Positions 30,594 through 47,739 of a DNA stretch of 64,000 nucleotides are shown here, one piece after another. Position 1 is the first letter of the stretch. Each line of letters starts with the position of its first letter. The stretch lies in NCBI RefSeq assembly GCF_009914755.1, contig NC_060928.1. The stretch is one strand, 5' to 3'. Origin of the DNA: the human T2T-CHM13v2.0 reference genome, Homo sapiens. The notes beneath the pieces were generated by a model, which worked only from the letters and a program-made list of their open reading frames with translations, searched no databases and was not told the origin of the DNA. A program made the translations under genes and the position numbers.

Positions 30594-33516
30594 TGTTACA
30601 GGACCCCTGGGGTGTTGCTTTTCTGGCCAGAAACTTCTGTTGTTGGTGGCACCTTTGCTTGACTTTTGCTTGGGCCCACTGGGCTCAATCTGCCTACTCG
30701 GCCTGGTTCAGCCTACAAGCCTGGATCCCACACCTCCAAGGGCAAGTCAGGCATGGAGCAGCATGGGGTGTGTGAGGAGCATGGGGTCCAGCCACTGCAC
30801 ACAGTCAGGCATGCCTGCTGCTGCCATGGGTGGGCAGCTCCAGGTGCTGGCGTGGGCTCCAGCTCTCTACAAGGCTACAGCTGGACAAGACACACCACAA
30901 GCAGCTTCCCCAGCTGGCACCAGTGAATGTGGTGGCACCTGGAAGTTTGGTGATGGCAAGAACCACAAGGCTCCTAAAAGGGAGTCACACCCCTGGCTTG
31001 GGGAGCTCCTAGGTCTGGGATGCCTGAAGGGCTGCAGCTCTTCTCTCCACTTTGCCTGCGACATGGTGAGCAAGGTGCATGTTTCAGGCCTGATTGTGCT
31101 ACAGGTCTTTCAGCCTCGCCATGCAGCAGGTCCTGAGTTCTTGTCCTGTGACCAGGAAGAATGAGGTAAGCAGACAAGTAGAGGATAAGCAAGATGAAGA
31201 GGAGCTATATTGAGCAATAGAACAGCTCAGAGGAGACCCACAGTGGTCAGCTCCTCTCTGTAGCCAGGGTGTCTGGATGAGTGTCCAGCTCTCAGCAGAG
31301 AGGGTAGTTCCTCTTTGTAGCTGGGAGTCCCATTGTCTTCATGTTGTCTCCCATTCCTCTCTTTATCTTCTCTCTGTCCAAGACCCGCCCCCTCACCACC
31401 CCAACCACCACCCTCACTCAGTCTGGCTGAGTCTGGGGGTTTTTAAGGGCCTCAGAGGGGAGGAAGTGCCTGCTGATTAGTCCATGAGTGGCCATGGGTA
31501 GGCCCAGGAAAAAGGGCCACACGTTCTCACTCCTGTCTGCCCACTGGAAAAGGCAGCCCTGGCTTCAGGCCCTCCCCAGCTTAAAGGTGGGGCTTCACCA
31601 AGGACCTGCCCTTTTCCACCCAGAAGCTTGTCTGCCTCCCACTGCTGTTCATGGTGTCCAGGCTGCTTGTGCAGAGAGGTGCCTGCAGGCCAATGCCAAG
31701 TTGCCCTCAGTCCCTCCCCAACCTCAGCCTCTCTCCCATGCTTGTCAGTGACCAAAGTCTAGAGGGGACAGAGGCGGCAGGGTGCTGGCATATCAGGGCT
31801 GCTTTGAATGTGCACACACTGGGCTGGGTTGCAACAGTGCTTGAGTTTGGCCTCAAGCCGGCTACCAGATCAGAGCAGGCATCAACACTGGGGAGAAGCT
31901 GGGCAGCAGGGCAGGCACTTCCAGCCCTGCAGGGGCAGGGGCCTTCCTGGGCCCCTGAGAGTGCAGAGATGCTTGGATCCACAGCTGTGGCAGGGTGGCT
32001 GCAGGGGTACCTGGGAGGGCTGGGCTCCTGCTTGCTCCTGGCTCCCAAGAGCACAGGTGTGCACCGGTCTCACCCTGGCTTGGGTGGTTGCCGTTGCGCC
32101 TGAGAACTCCCTCCCCGCCAACTTGAAAGGGGCGGGGCTCATGCTTGTCCCCGGGTCCCACCAGCTCCGTGAAGCACCGCACCACCCCAAACTCGGCTCC
32201 ACCTGGGGCCTCTCTCTGCCTTCCCCTCTCTTCCTGAATGCTCTGCTTCCCCGCCAGACTCAGCCTGGTCCCATCGCGGCAGTCCTCGGTGCAGGCTCTG
32301 GTGATTGTCCGCCTATTCTCCACACCCTCCCAGCAGTGGCCGCAGGGCCCGGGTCCCGATCCCCGAGCAGCGGAGGCTCTGGGCCTGGGAGTGGGTCCCG
32401 CTTGACTGTGAGAGGGTGAGGGCAGCACAGTAGGCTGCCTCCAGGTTGCAGGGCACAGGGGTCCTACCACTACCGCTGTTGCTCCTGCAGCCCCTCCTGC
32501 AGCCCCTCCTGCACCTCCCCTCCTGCAGCCCCTCCTGCAGCCCCTCCTGCACCTCCCCTCCTGCAGCCCCTCCTGCAGCCCCTCCTGCACCTCCCCTCCT
32601 GCAGCCCCTCCTGCAGCCCCTCCTGCACCTCCCCTCCTGCAGCCCCTCCTGCAGCCCCTCCTGCACCTCCCCTCCTGCAGCCCCTCCTGCAGCCCCTCCT
32701 GCACCTCCCCTCCTGCAGCCCCTCCTGCAGCCCCTCCTGCACCTCCCCTCCTGCAGCCCCTCCTGCAGCCCCTCCTGCAGCCCCTCCTGCAGCCCCTCCT
32801 GCAGCCCCTCCTGCACCTCCCCTCCTGCAGCCCCTCCTGCAGCCCCTCCTGCAGCCCCTCCTGCACCTCCCCTCCTGCAGCCCCTCCTGCAGCCCCTCCT
32901 GCACCTCCCCTCCTGCAGCCCCTCCTGCACCTCCCCTCCTGCAGCCCCTCCTGCAGCCCCTCCTGCAGCCCCTCCTGCACCTCCCCTCCTGCAGCCCCTC
33001 CTGCAGCCCCTCCTGCACCTCCCCTCCTGCAGCCCCTCCTGCACCTCCCCTCCTGCAGCCCCTCCTGCAGCCCCTCCTGCAGCCCCTCCTGCAGCCCCTC
33101 CTGCACCTCCCCTCCTGCAGCCCCTCCTGCAGCCCCTCCTGCACCTCCCCTCCTGCAGCCCCTCCTGCAGCCCCTCCTGCACCTCCCCTCCTGCAGCCCC
33201 TCCTGCAGCCCCTCCTGCAGCCCCTCCTGCAGCCCCTCCTGCACCTCCCCTCCTGCAGCCCCTCCTGCAGCCCCTCCTGCACCTCCCCTCCTGCAGCCCC
33301 TCCTGCAGCCCCTCCTGCACCTCCCCTCCTGCAGCCCCTCCTGCAGCCCCTCCTGCAGCCCCTCCTGCAGCCCCTCCTGCACCTCCCCTCCTGCAGCCCC
33401 TCCTGCAGCCCCTCCTGCAGCCCCTCCTGCAGCCCCTCCTGCAGCCCCTCCTGCACCTCCCCTCTACAGCTGGCATGTTGGTAGCGGCCGCTCCGGATGG
33501 CCGGTTGCTGCCATCA
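30594..33516 (-). mobile_element. MER52-family ERV1 solo LTR (possibly MER52D), lengthened by an internal minisatellite
   Basis: Minus strand starts 'TGATGGCAGC...GGAGCGGCCGCT' and ends 'TGTAACA'. GC-rich throughout; 4-bp TSD A(T/C)AG at 30590-30593 and 33517-33520. Confidence 0.88.
32482..33461. repeat. 980-bp minisatellite: 56 x CTCCTGCAGCCC (A) + 22 x CTCCTGCACCTCCC (B)
   Basis: Parsed unit by unit by hand. 56x12 + 22x14 = 980 matches the coordinates, and no substitutions were seen. Confidence 0.97.
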
Positions 33517-35574
33517 ACAGAATGAGGTAAATGTTGCCCTAGAAAACTTCAACTCTGTAATAGAAAACCATGGAAAGATTTCAAGTTCTGACATTGGAGG
33601 ATTTTCTGTTTTTAATACATTGACCTGAGGAAAGACAATTGTTTTGTGCGTAGCACACTAGGGAGAGTAATATTTAAGGTGCTCCTATAATAGTCTAAAT
33701 GAGAAGGATGAGAATTTAACATTTGTGCAATGGTATTAGATATAGATTTTAAAAGGGGATGAAGAGAAAGTTTTAGAAATAGGAACAGAAGTATGTGAAT
33801 GTTTCAGTCAGGTGTAAAAGAAAGAGAGGAATTGAGAATTCCTTTATGCTTTTAGTTAACATTGATATAAGTCAATTATGTAAAAAAATAAAATAAAGAA
33901 TACAACAGGAGCCAAATTCAGTTGAATATGTGCTTGGCTTGAGATTCCTGAATAGCGTGAATGAGGATGTCTGGTACCAATTTGGATAACAGATACTCCC
34001 TGAAGCTGTTTAGCCATTTATTAGGTTCTAGATTTTTGTTTCATGGGTTTTTTAACTTACAAAATATGCACAAAATATATTCTGCAACAAAGGAAATATC
34101 TCAGGTTGAGCATATTCCATTGGAATTTTTTTCAGTTTTTGTTAAGGGGAATGGTGCCAACCTCTAATTTATATTATGGACACTCTTTGGATTCTTAATG
34201 AAAATAAACTAAAAACATGCAAGCAGTGCTTCAGAATAAATATTTTTGTCAGATGTTTCAGTGAACTTTTAGGAAATGTGTTTTGATCCTATTCAACTCA
34301 GGGGCAGATGACACACAGAAACAAAGAAATTATCTTAGGTTGTTTCTAGAAGAATTCCTTTTCCAACTAAAAATTCCTCTACCTTACCATTCCAATTTAG
34401 CAAAATAAAACACTCAACTACTCTAGTTCTGAGCATTTTAAAATCTCTTTTTATTATTTCCACTACTAATCAAAATGGAAACTTTAGGTATATGTTTTGG
34501 TTACTAATTACCTGAAGCAATTTTACATTATGTGGTCATTTTTATGATTAAAATTGTATTCAGAGAATCCATATAAAGTGAATACAAAAAGCTTCTATTC
34601 AAAAGCTCTTTGCATTTTTATTTCCTTTATGCTAATTTTGTCCACCATTGCAGTCAAATTTCACTTACTGAATTTGGCAAGAGCTAAATGCACTCTACTG
34701 TGTTCTTTTGACATTTTATTTATTAAAATATCTGGGTACAGATTAATTTACTTTGCAAATATTTATTGTTGTTTCACCTGACTTAAAATGGGAGCTGCAG
34801 GCACTTTGATAAATGAATCAGGAGGTAATCTGGCTTCTCCAAACTTCTTGGAATTACTTTTGTCTGTTACTGAAATGATATCTTGTAATTTTCTGCTAGT
34901 ATGTCCCTAGGGAAACTGCAACTGATATTCCCATGAATTCCATTTCTACAAAAACAGCTCTATTTTCCTTTGCTGTTAGTGAAGATACAGCATTGTCAAA
35001 AAGTTATAAAGCTCTGAAGCATTGTCTTGTAGCTCATGGTTTAAGGTTATACGTAAGTGATCAAAATTAATGAGGATGGACTGGAATGTGAAGAGGCAGG
35101 AAAATGGGTCTGTTTGTTAACCAATGGAATATTGTTACAGGATAAGTCTTTGCATGTGGTTGTGCTTCTAGCCACTTATTGGGGACTCCATTTATTACAG
35201 CATTTCCTTAACTGTTTATGATTCTGACAATTACATGGACCTATTTTTCTATCAGGATACCGGTCTCAGATACAAAGCTCTCAGTTTTATCAGTATAACA
35301 TGAAAATATTTAGTTAAGGTTCAAATCATATTTGAAAAAAGTACATATAGATGACATGTTGCTGTTTGGGTAGGTGAGACAATAATAGGTGAAGCCTTCT
35401 GTGGGATAATACAGAGCCAAGTTAAAAATGAAAATTTTAGTTGACTGAGAAAAGTTATGGATTTATCTAACAAATCCATCAAGTCCACTAGTTGGCTTCC
35501 ATATCAAGGGTGGTTTTGTCCAACAACTGCTTGCTCTCTTCCATCAAAAATTGCACCAGTCACATTATTTTACC

Positions 35575-36500
35575 CTTCTATTCAACAGATATTTATTGAG
35601 AGCCTATAAACCATTAGGTCCTCTCCTAAACCTTGGATATTCAGCAGCGAACACGAACATGGAAAGTCCCTGCTCTCTGTTAACCAGAGATTGGGGAGAG
35701 TATGGGGAGGGGACAATAGAGACAATTTGATCAATAGATACAAAATTACAATTAGAGAGAAAATATAAGTTATTATGTTCTATTGCACAGTAGGGTGAGT
35801 GGTTAACAGCTAGATATTGTATATTACAAAACGGCTAGAAAATAGGCTGTTTAACATCTTTACCACAAAGAAATGATCAGTGCATGAGGTGATGATAGAG
35901 CTAAATACACTGATTTGATCATTACACAACATATGTATGTATCAAAACATCAAATATACCTTATACATGTGTACAGTTACAATGTATCAAATAAAAATAA
36001 ATTTAAAAAAGAAGAAACTCTCTGCTTTCATGGGAATTACAGCCTGCTTAACAAAAGACTATGGAGAACAAAAGAATGAATTAAATGAATGAGTGATCAG
36101 AAACAAACAAAAAAATAACTAAGTGGAAAAAGCGTGAAAATAATGTATTATTTCAAATAGACTAGTTAGGGAATGTTCCTTTGACTTGGTGATGTTTTTA
36201 ACGGAGACATAATGAAGTAAGAGAGCAAGTCCTAAGATATTCGGAAGGAGAATATTTCAGGCAGAAACAACAATTTCAAAAACTCTGAGGCAGAATTCCA
36301 GAAACAGCAGAAAGAGCAAGTGGCTAGCTATAGTAAAGTCAGGAGGAGAGATGAAGTCAGAGAACAACAAGATCGTGCAGTGCTTGGTGGCCAATGAATG
36401 GGAAGGCATTGGCTCTTACTGAAGAATGGGGAAATCTCCTGGAGGGTGTTTAGCAAAGTGATAGAGGGAAAAGGTTTTTAAAAGATTACTCTGGCTTCTA
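35575..36500 (-). mobile_element. L2 3' fragment split by an L1MA insertion
   Basis: 'ttcaacagatatttattgag...tccctgctctc' resumes after 36012 and runs to 'aaagattactctggct'. Confidence 0.6.
35680..36012 (+). mobile_element. L1MA-type short 3' end
   Basis: 'tgttctattgcacagtagggtga...accacaaagaaatgat...tgatttgatcattacaca' plus an A tail. Confidence 0.8.
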
Positions 36501-36897
36501 TTATAAGAAGCAACACCACAATTTAACTTTATGTAGGATTTTGCCAGATACCACAAAATATGAACAACCAACCAGGCATGCTCATCCTCATGCATTTTTG
36601 TTGTTGTTGTATACTGTATTTCTATTTTAATTTTCAGAATTGGATTTTTAGTTTAAGATCTTAAATTGAATTACCTGAGAAACATTAATCATATCTTCAT
36701 GAACTCAGTATTTGCATAGTCACATAACAAATCACTTCTCAGGTGAGAACATACCTACCCGTTTGGGTCTTGGTTATGCGAGACCCTGGGAAAATCCACA
36801 GTGCAAGGATGTCAAAAGCCCTTGACCATCACATTTATTACACTTCCCTTTAATTCCCTGATTTTATTAAAAACAGCTATTTTTTGTCACTTACAGC

Positions 36898-39730
36898 TTT
36901 TTAGTTTTAATAGATTCAGGGGGTACATGTGTAGGTTTCATACATGGATATATTGCATAATGATCAGGTTTGGGATTCTAGTGTGCCCATCATCTAAATA
37001 GTGATAATTGTGCTGGATAGGTAATTTTTCAACTTTCAACCCACTCCTACATTCCCCTCCTCTGGAGTCATCAGTGTCTCTTATTTCTATTTGTATGTCT
37101 ATGTGTGCTCATTGTTTAGCTCCCAGTTATAAATGAGAAACTGTGGAATTTGATTATATTTTTTCTGAATTATTTTACTTAGGAAATGGCCTCCAGCTCT
37201 ATCCATGCTGCTACAAGATACTATTTTTTTCTAGGTAGTGTTCCATGATGTATATATACCAAATTATCTTTATCCAATCATCCAATGACAGACACTTAGG
37301 TTAGTTCCACAACATTGCTATTGCAAATAGTGTTGCAATAAACATACAAGTGCAGATATTTTTTGAATATAGCAAATCTTTCCCTTTGGGTAGATAACCA
37401 GTAGTAGGATTGCTGGGTCAAATGTTAGTACTAGTTTAGTTCTTTGAGAAATGTCCATACTGTTTTCCATAGAGGTTGTACTAATTTACATTTCTACCAA
37501 CAGTGTAGAAGTGTTATCAGTTTCCCATGCCCTCACTAACATCTGTTGTGTGTGTGTGTGTCTGTGTGTGTTTTGATTTTCTAATAATGGTCATTCTGAC
37601 TGGTGTGACATTGTATCTCACTGTGGCTTTAACTTGCATTTCTCTGATTATTGGTGATGTTGATTGTAGTTTCATATGTTTGTTGGCCCACTTTTATATA
37701 CTCTTTTGAAAAATGCCTCTTCATATCTTTTGTCCACTTTTCAATGGAGTTATTTGTTTTTTTCCTCATTGATTGTTTGAGTTTCCCATAGATTCTGGAT
37801 ATTAATCCCTTGCCAGATGCATATTATTCAAATATTTCCTCCAATTCTGTTGTTGTATGTTTACTCAATTGTTTCTTCTGTTGTGCGGAAGTGTTTAATT
37901 TAACTTTCATTTTTCTACTTTTATTTTTGTTGCATTTGTTTTGAGGTCTCAGTCACACATTTTTTTTTCCCTAGGTCAATGTCCAGAAGAATTTTTTCTA
38001 GATTTTCTTCTAGGATTTCTAGGAATCCTAGAAGGTCTTACATTTAAGTCTTTATTGCATCCTGAGTTAATTTTTGTATATTGTAAGAGAGAGGTGACCA
38101 GTTTCTGTGACTATCCAATTAATCCAGCATCATTTATTGAATAAGGTGTCTTTTCCCCATTGTATATTTTTCTCAAGGTTGTCAAAGATCAGTTGGTTGT
38201 TCAATATGTAGCTTTATTTCTGGGTTCTATATTTTGTTCCATTTACCTATGTGTCTATTTTTGTGCGAGGATCATACTGTTTTGGTTAATATAGCTATGT
38301 AGTATAATATGAGGTCAGATAATGTGATGATCACCTTTGTTCTTTTTGCTTGGGATTACTTTGGCTTTGGGGCTCTTTTTGGTACCATATACGTTTTTGG
38401 ATTTTTTTTCTAATTCAGTGAAAAATGACATTGGTTGTTTGATATGAATTGCATTGAATCTGTAGATTGCTTTGGGCACTGTTGTCATTTTAATGATATT
38501 GATTCTTCCAATTTATGAGCATGGGAAGTTATTCCATTTGTGTCATCTATGATTTCTTTCATCAGTATTTTGTAGTTCACCTTGTAGAGATCTGTCAGCT
38601 CCTTGGTTATATGTATTCCTAGGTATTTTATCTTTGTGGCTATTATAACTGAGATTGATTTATTGATTTGGTTCTAAGCTTGAACATTATTGGTACATAG
38701 AAATGCTACTGATTTTTGCATATTGGTTTTGTATCCTGAAACTTTACTGAAGTCATTTATCAAGTCTAGTGGTCTTTTGGGAGAATCTTTTGAGTTTTCT
38801 AGGTATAGAATCTTATTGTTAGCAAACAGAGATAATTTGACTTATTCTTTTCCAATTTCAATGCCTTTTATTTCTTTCTTTTTTCTGATTGCTCTATGAT
38901 ATCCAGCACTATGCCGAATAGGCATTATGAAAGTGGACATCATTGTCTTGTTCCGTTTCTTGGGAGGAATGCTTTGAAGGGTTGTTGGATTTTATCAAAT
39001 GTTTTTTCGGCATCTATTGACATGATTGTATGATTTTTGTTTCCATTTCTACTCATGTGGTGCATCAAGTTTGTTGATTTGGGTATGTGGAACCATTCTT
39101 TCATCCCTGAAATGAAACCCACTTGACTTGATATATTATCTTTTTAATGTGCTGTTTGATGCAGTTTGTTGGTATTTTGTTTAATATTATCGCATCTATG
39201 TTCATCAGGGATATTGACTTGTAGTTTTCTTTTTTTGCTGTGTCTTTGCCTAATTTGGCTATCAGGGTGATACTGGTTTCATAAAATGAGTTAGGGAGAA
39301 ACCTCTCTACCTCAATATTTTAGACTAGTTTTAGTAAGATTGGTACCACTTTTTTACTGTACATCTGACAAATTCAGTTGTGAATCTGTCTGGTCCTGGA
39401 TTTTTCTTTGTCAGGAGACTTTTTTTTTTTTTTTTTTTTTTGAGATGGAGTCTTCCTCGGTCACCCAGGCTGGAGTGCAGTGGCACAATCTTGGTTCACT
39501 GCAACCTCTGCCTTGTCAGGAGACTTTCTAATCACTGCTTCAATTTTATTACACATTATTGATCTGTTCAGGGTTTCTATTTCTTTTTGGTTCAATTTTG
39601 AGAGGTTGTACATTTCCAGGAATTTATTTATTGATGCTAGGTTTTTAGTTTGTGTGCATAGAGATACTCATAGTAGTCTGTGATGGTCTTTCTTATTTCT
39701 GTAGTATCAGTTGTAATATCACATTGATTC
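36898..39730 (-). mobile_element. L1PB4-like LINE, 3' ~2.8 kb, degenerate, with an internal deletion near 38975
   Basis: 3'UTR 'tagattcagggggtacatgtg'; RT remnant ORF 38940-39122 '[14 protein letters not shown]'. Confidence 0.85.
39423..39512 (-). mobile_element. Heavily 5'-truncated Alu (~70 nt + polyA)
   Basis: Perfect 15-bp TSD TTGTCAGGAGACTTT at 39408-39422 and 39513-39527. Confidence 0.93.
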
Positions 39731-42700
39731 AAAATTTTTGAATTTCCTTTTGTTTTTGTGTGAGAATTTTTTCTCTCTTGAGAGTGTGACATGTGTATGT
39801 TGGGTGTGGTCCTTTAGCTTTGTGTCTTTGTGCTTTTGGGGAGCCAAGTCTCTATATATGTTCCTTGGTTATAGATAGCCTTAGTGTAGTGGGTTTTTTT
39901 TTTTTTTTCAAATGCTGGTTGTTTGTAAGTTGTAGTAGCAGTAGCTGTGCTTGCTAGCAGTCACAATCTCCTCCACAGAGAAAGAGGCTGAGGCCTTGGA
40001 GATTTATCTTATACCCTGGGCTGTGCACTTCTGTCAGCAGGAATTATATTTGTTTATGAGTGCATGTATGGCAGTGAATGATCTTGGACTACATGAATGA
40101 GGCCTATAGAAATGGCAGAGAAACAAAATACAAGAGTCTGTGTCTATGACAACATGATGCTAGCCCATTATTCTTAGATGGATTACTCTCACACCCCTAA
40201 ATTAGAGAGACAAACTAGCATTTTATTTAAGCCACCTTTACACTGGGGCTTGGTTGTAACAGCCTATTTATATCTTCATGATTATACCCAATAGAGTTTC
40301 TAATAAATGCATTTATATTTTCAATAAAAATGACTATCATAGACAAGAAGACCTTAAGTACAGGAAACTTAAAACACTATTGTAACTTTAAAATGCAGGT
40401 TAAGAAAACTTTACTGCCTTCTCTAGTGTGATAAGATCACCTTTCCAAGGGAAACAGCCTTGTCAGTTTTCTAAAGTTTAACATTTTTTACTTAAAAAAT
40501 TTAGATGAATACATGAACATCTCAGTCTATACAGTCAAAACTCTGCAAACAAATGGATCCTAACCAGTCACAAGTTTTACCTCACTGATCTGTATTTAGA
40601 TCTTGGAGTTGTGTCAGATACTTGACTTTGGTTTGACCCAAAACTATTTTTTAAAAGTTTAATCAGAAGTCTTTGATTGAAGAAGAGTTCTTTGTTGCTG
40701 TTTTATTTTCTCCCCGTTTAATCTTTTAAGCACGGTCCTACATTTTAACAGGGTTGAAAGAACTTTAGAAAATAATCATTTAAAAATGTTTTAAAACTTT
40801 CCAAAAGTAATGCTATTATTCCAGTTTACTGGGCATGATTCTACTCCCCTGGGGTTGCAGTCAGTGAAAAAAGTCTATGTAATGTGCTACATCCATCTCA
40901 ATTCCGCCTTCACTTATTTGACTTGGCACCAATTTATAACCTCTGGTTTGCTTTCTTTTTATAACCAACATTTCCAAATGCATATGCACTAACACACACA
41001 CACATACATACACAGTTATTTTAGTTTAATCTGTTTTCTATATAGGTGCATATATGTTTGTATCCATAAGAATCCAGAGACTGAATAATGTGTTTTGGTC
41101 TTATATTTTTTCTATACAGTGTCTGTAGTACTTGACATATTTTAATAAACATTTGTTAAATTTAATTACATTTGTATTAAGAAGACTTTGGTTCAAAAAT
41201 GTCATACCAAAGTGTTTTGACTGAATTTTGGAGAAATACTCAAGCAGATGAAATTATTAGTTTTATGTATCAAGGTGCACGCTTTCAGAGACAAAATAAG
41301 TAAGGGTCAAGTTATTCATATTTAAATATGCCATCATCTGAAATCTTTTGCCTGAATTAATTGTCTAAATAAATATGGGCTACTCAGGTGGAGACAAATT
41401 CTAGTGCTAAAAATGTGCCCTAGGCATATATAAGTTATTTTGTATAATAACCCTAGTGTAGTTAACTTGAGTCTCACTCATGATTTGCAACCATAACAAT
41501 GTTTATATATTACATATTCTGACACAAGATAGTGATAATTGTCGTAGGGTAAGTTTTTGAAAAAAGATTAAAATTATTTCTTAGCCCATAATTAAATAAG
41601 CATAATATACTGGCATCATCATAGAATTTGTGATTTATAAGGAAATAGTATGATTCATTCTTTTAATTACATTAACAAAGAAACTGAAGCTTAATAAGGT
41701 TTACTAATGTCTAAGAGCAAATACACACTTGATGTGACAGCCAACAGTTTTAAAGAATAACTATCATTTATTGAGCATGTACTATATTCCAAGCACCATA
41801 TCAGATGCTTTCTAGGGAGATAGTTTTTTGTGTTGATTAACAGCAAGGGATCTGGAGACAGGTTGCTTAAACATTAATCTTAACTCTTCCATCTAATAAC
41901 CGTGTAATACTGGGCAAGTTACTCACTTTTTGCCTCACTTGACTCCTCTGTAAAATAATATTTATATTAGTATTTTACTTACTAAGTAATTGTGGGGATT
42001 AAATAAGTGAACATGTGATAAACAGTGTTTTATATAGTGTGGGTCACTCATAAGTATTAGATTATTATTAGCTATTTTTATTAAATAGATCAAATTCAAT
42101 GTTCAGAACAATAATTAAACATATTACCTCCATATTTTATATTAAAATCCTGAGCTCTTAGAGGGTAACTTGCTTAAAAGCATAAAACGTAAATGCATTT
42201 TAGCTGGAATTCAAATGGTATTTTAAATTGAAAGCTTTTTTTTCAGTCTATCAACCTGCTAATTTTTGTGCTCCTACTTCCAACTATTTTCCTGGAAAGT
42301 GTCCTTCAACCTGGCTTATGCAGTTGATAGCTTTTCTTTTTGTGACAAACAGCTAAATACTGTAATCAAACATAATAAAATATGATGCTGAACACCTGGA
42401 TTTTTCAAATTACTGAAAATAATCTTAACCCATCATTTTTTTGAATGGAGCAAAATATCACAAGGAAGATTTTTATTGATTTTTTTTATTTGCTTGCAGT
42501 TTCTGTGAATTTTTTTCTGATAACTATATGTTCCTATTGCTAATGGAGAAAATTTTTGAACTTAGAATTAATATAATGTTAACTAGAATATTTTTCTTTT
42601 AAAATAATTTGAGCTATATTTTCTGATTTCTCAACATTGGTGCAGTAATTTTTCTTATAGCATCAAAAATTTGATGATTTCAGAAACGTTTATTGCCTAA

Positions 42701-43001
42701 AATGTGTTATAGCAAATAATATCTTTTTACTTTTGATCATCAATGTAGAAACATACATGAAAACAAAATAAAAAGTAATATAAATATGTGTTAACAAAGA
42801 AATAAAATTCTTAAAATAAATATCCTTATAGATCAGTGTAATGAATATTGGTAATTCTTAATGATTATTAACTAAAGCCTCTTATGAATTATTTAGTACA
42901 AAGAGCAGGTAAACTGTTGGCATAATTCTATTAATTTTGAGAAATTTCATGAAGTTCTCCATAATTTTATGTTAATCTAACTATATCTAAACACATGCAT
43001 T

Positions 43002-47452
<4,451 letters not shown>

Positions 47453-47739
47453 TAGAGAGAGAGCCTCATAAATGAAGCCATAGAGTTTATTGCGGAAATC
47501 AGCAGTACAATTCCCATATCACTTGTAGAGTCAGCAGGAAGTATCAACCTTCTTTGGAATTTCATCACTGATAAAATGAGTAGGCAACAGAACGAATACT
47601 TCTTAAGTCTTTTCTTTGATAATTCAGGAGGAAATAAATGGTTATACTGGAGTGACCGTATGTTACAGAATGAAAAATGAATATCTTCCTTTACTCAAAT
47701 TCATCTTTAGTGTAATTTTCAATTTAAAGGGTTAAAGTT

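Noticed and set aside
30593-32419. Cluster of overlapping 60-200 aa ORFs
   Set aside because: Expected in a GC-rich LTR; no recognisable domain.
32482-33461. CRISPR-like array
   Set aside because: No unique spacers and no cas genes, and the context is eukaryotic. It is a tandem repeat.
31862-33525. 506-, 359- and 328-aa ORFs as keratin-associated, metallothionein-like or Pro-rich genes
   Set aside because: They have non-ATG starts, overlap on both strands, show no synonymous variation, and are open only because the repeat units lack stops.
38009-38035. Small quasi-palindromes (also ~19833-19859, ~20044-20065, ~49503-49524, ~62254-62269)
   Set aside because: Stems of 10 bp or less are common in AT-rich DNA, and there is no independent support.
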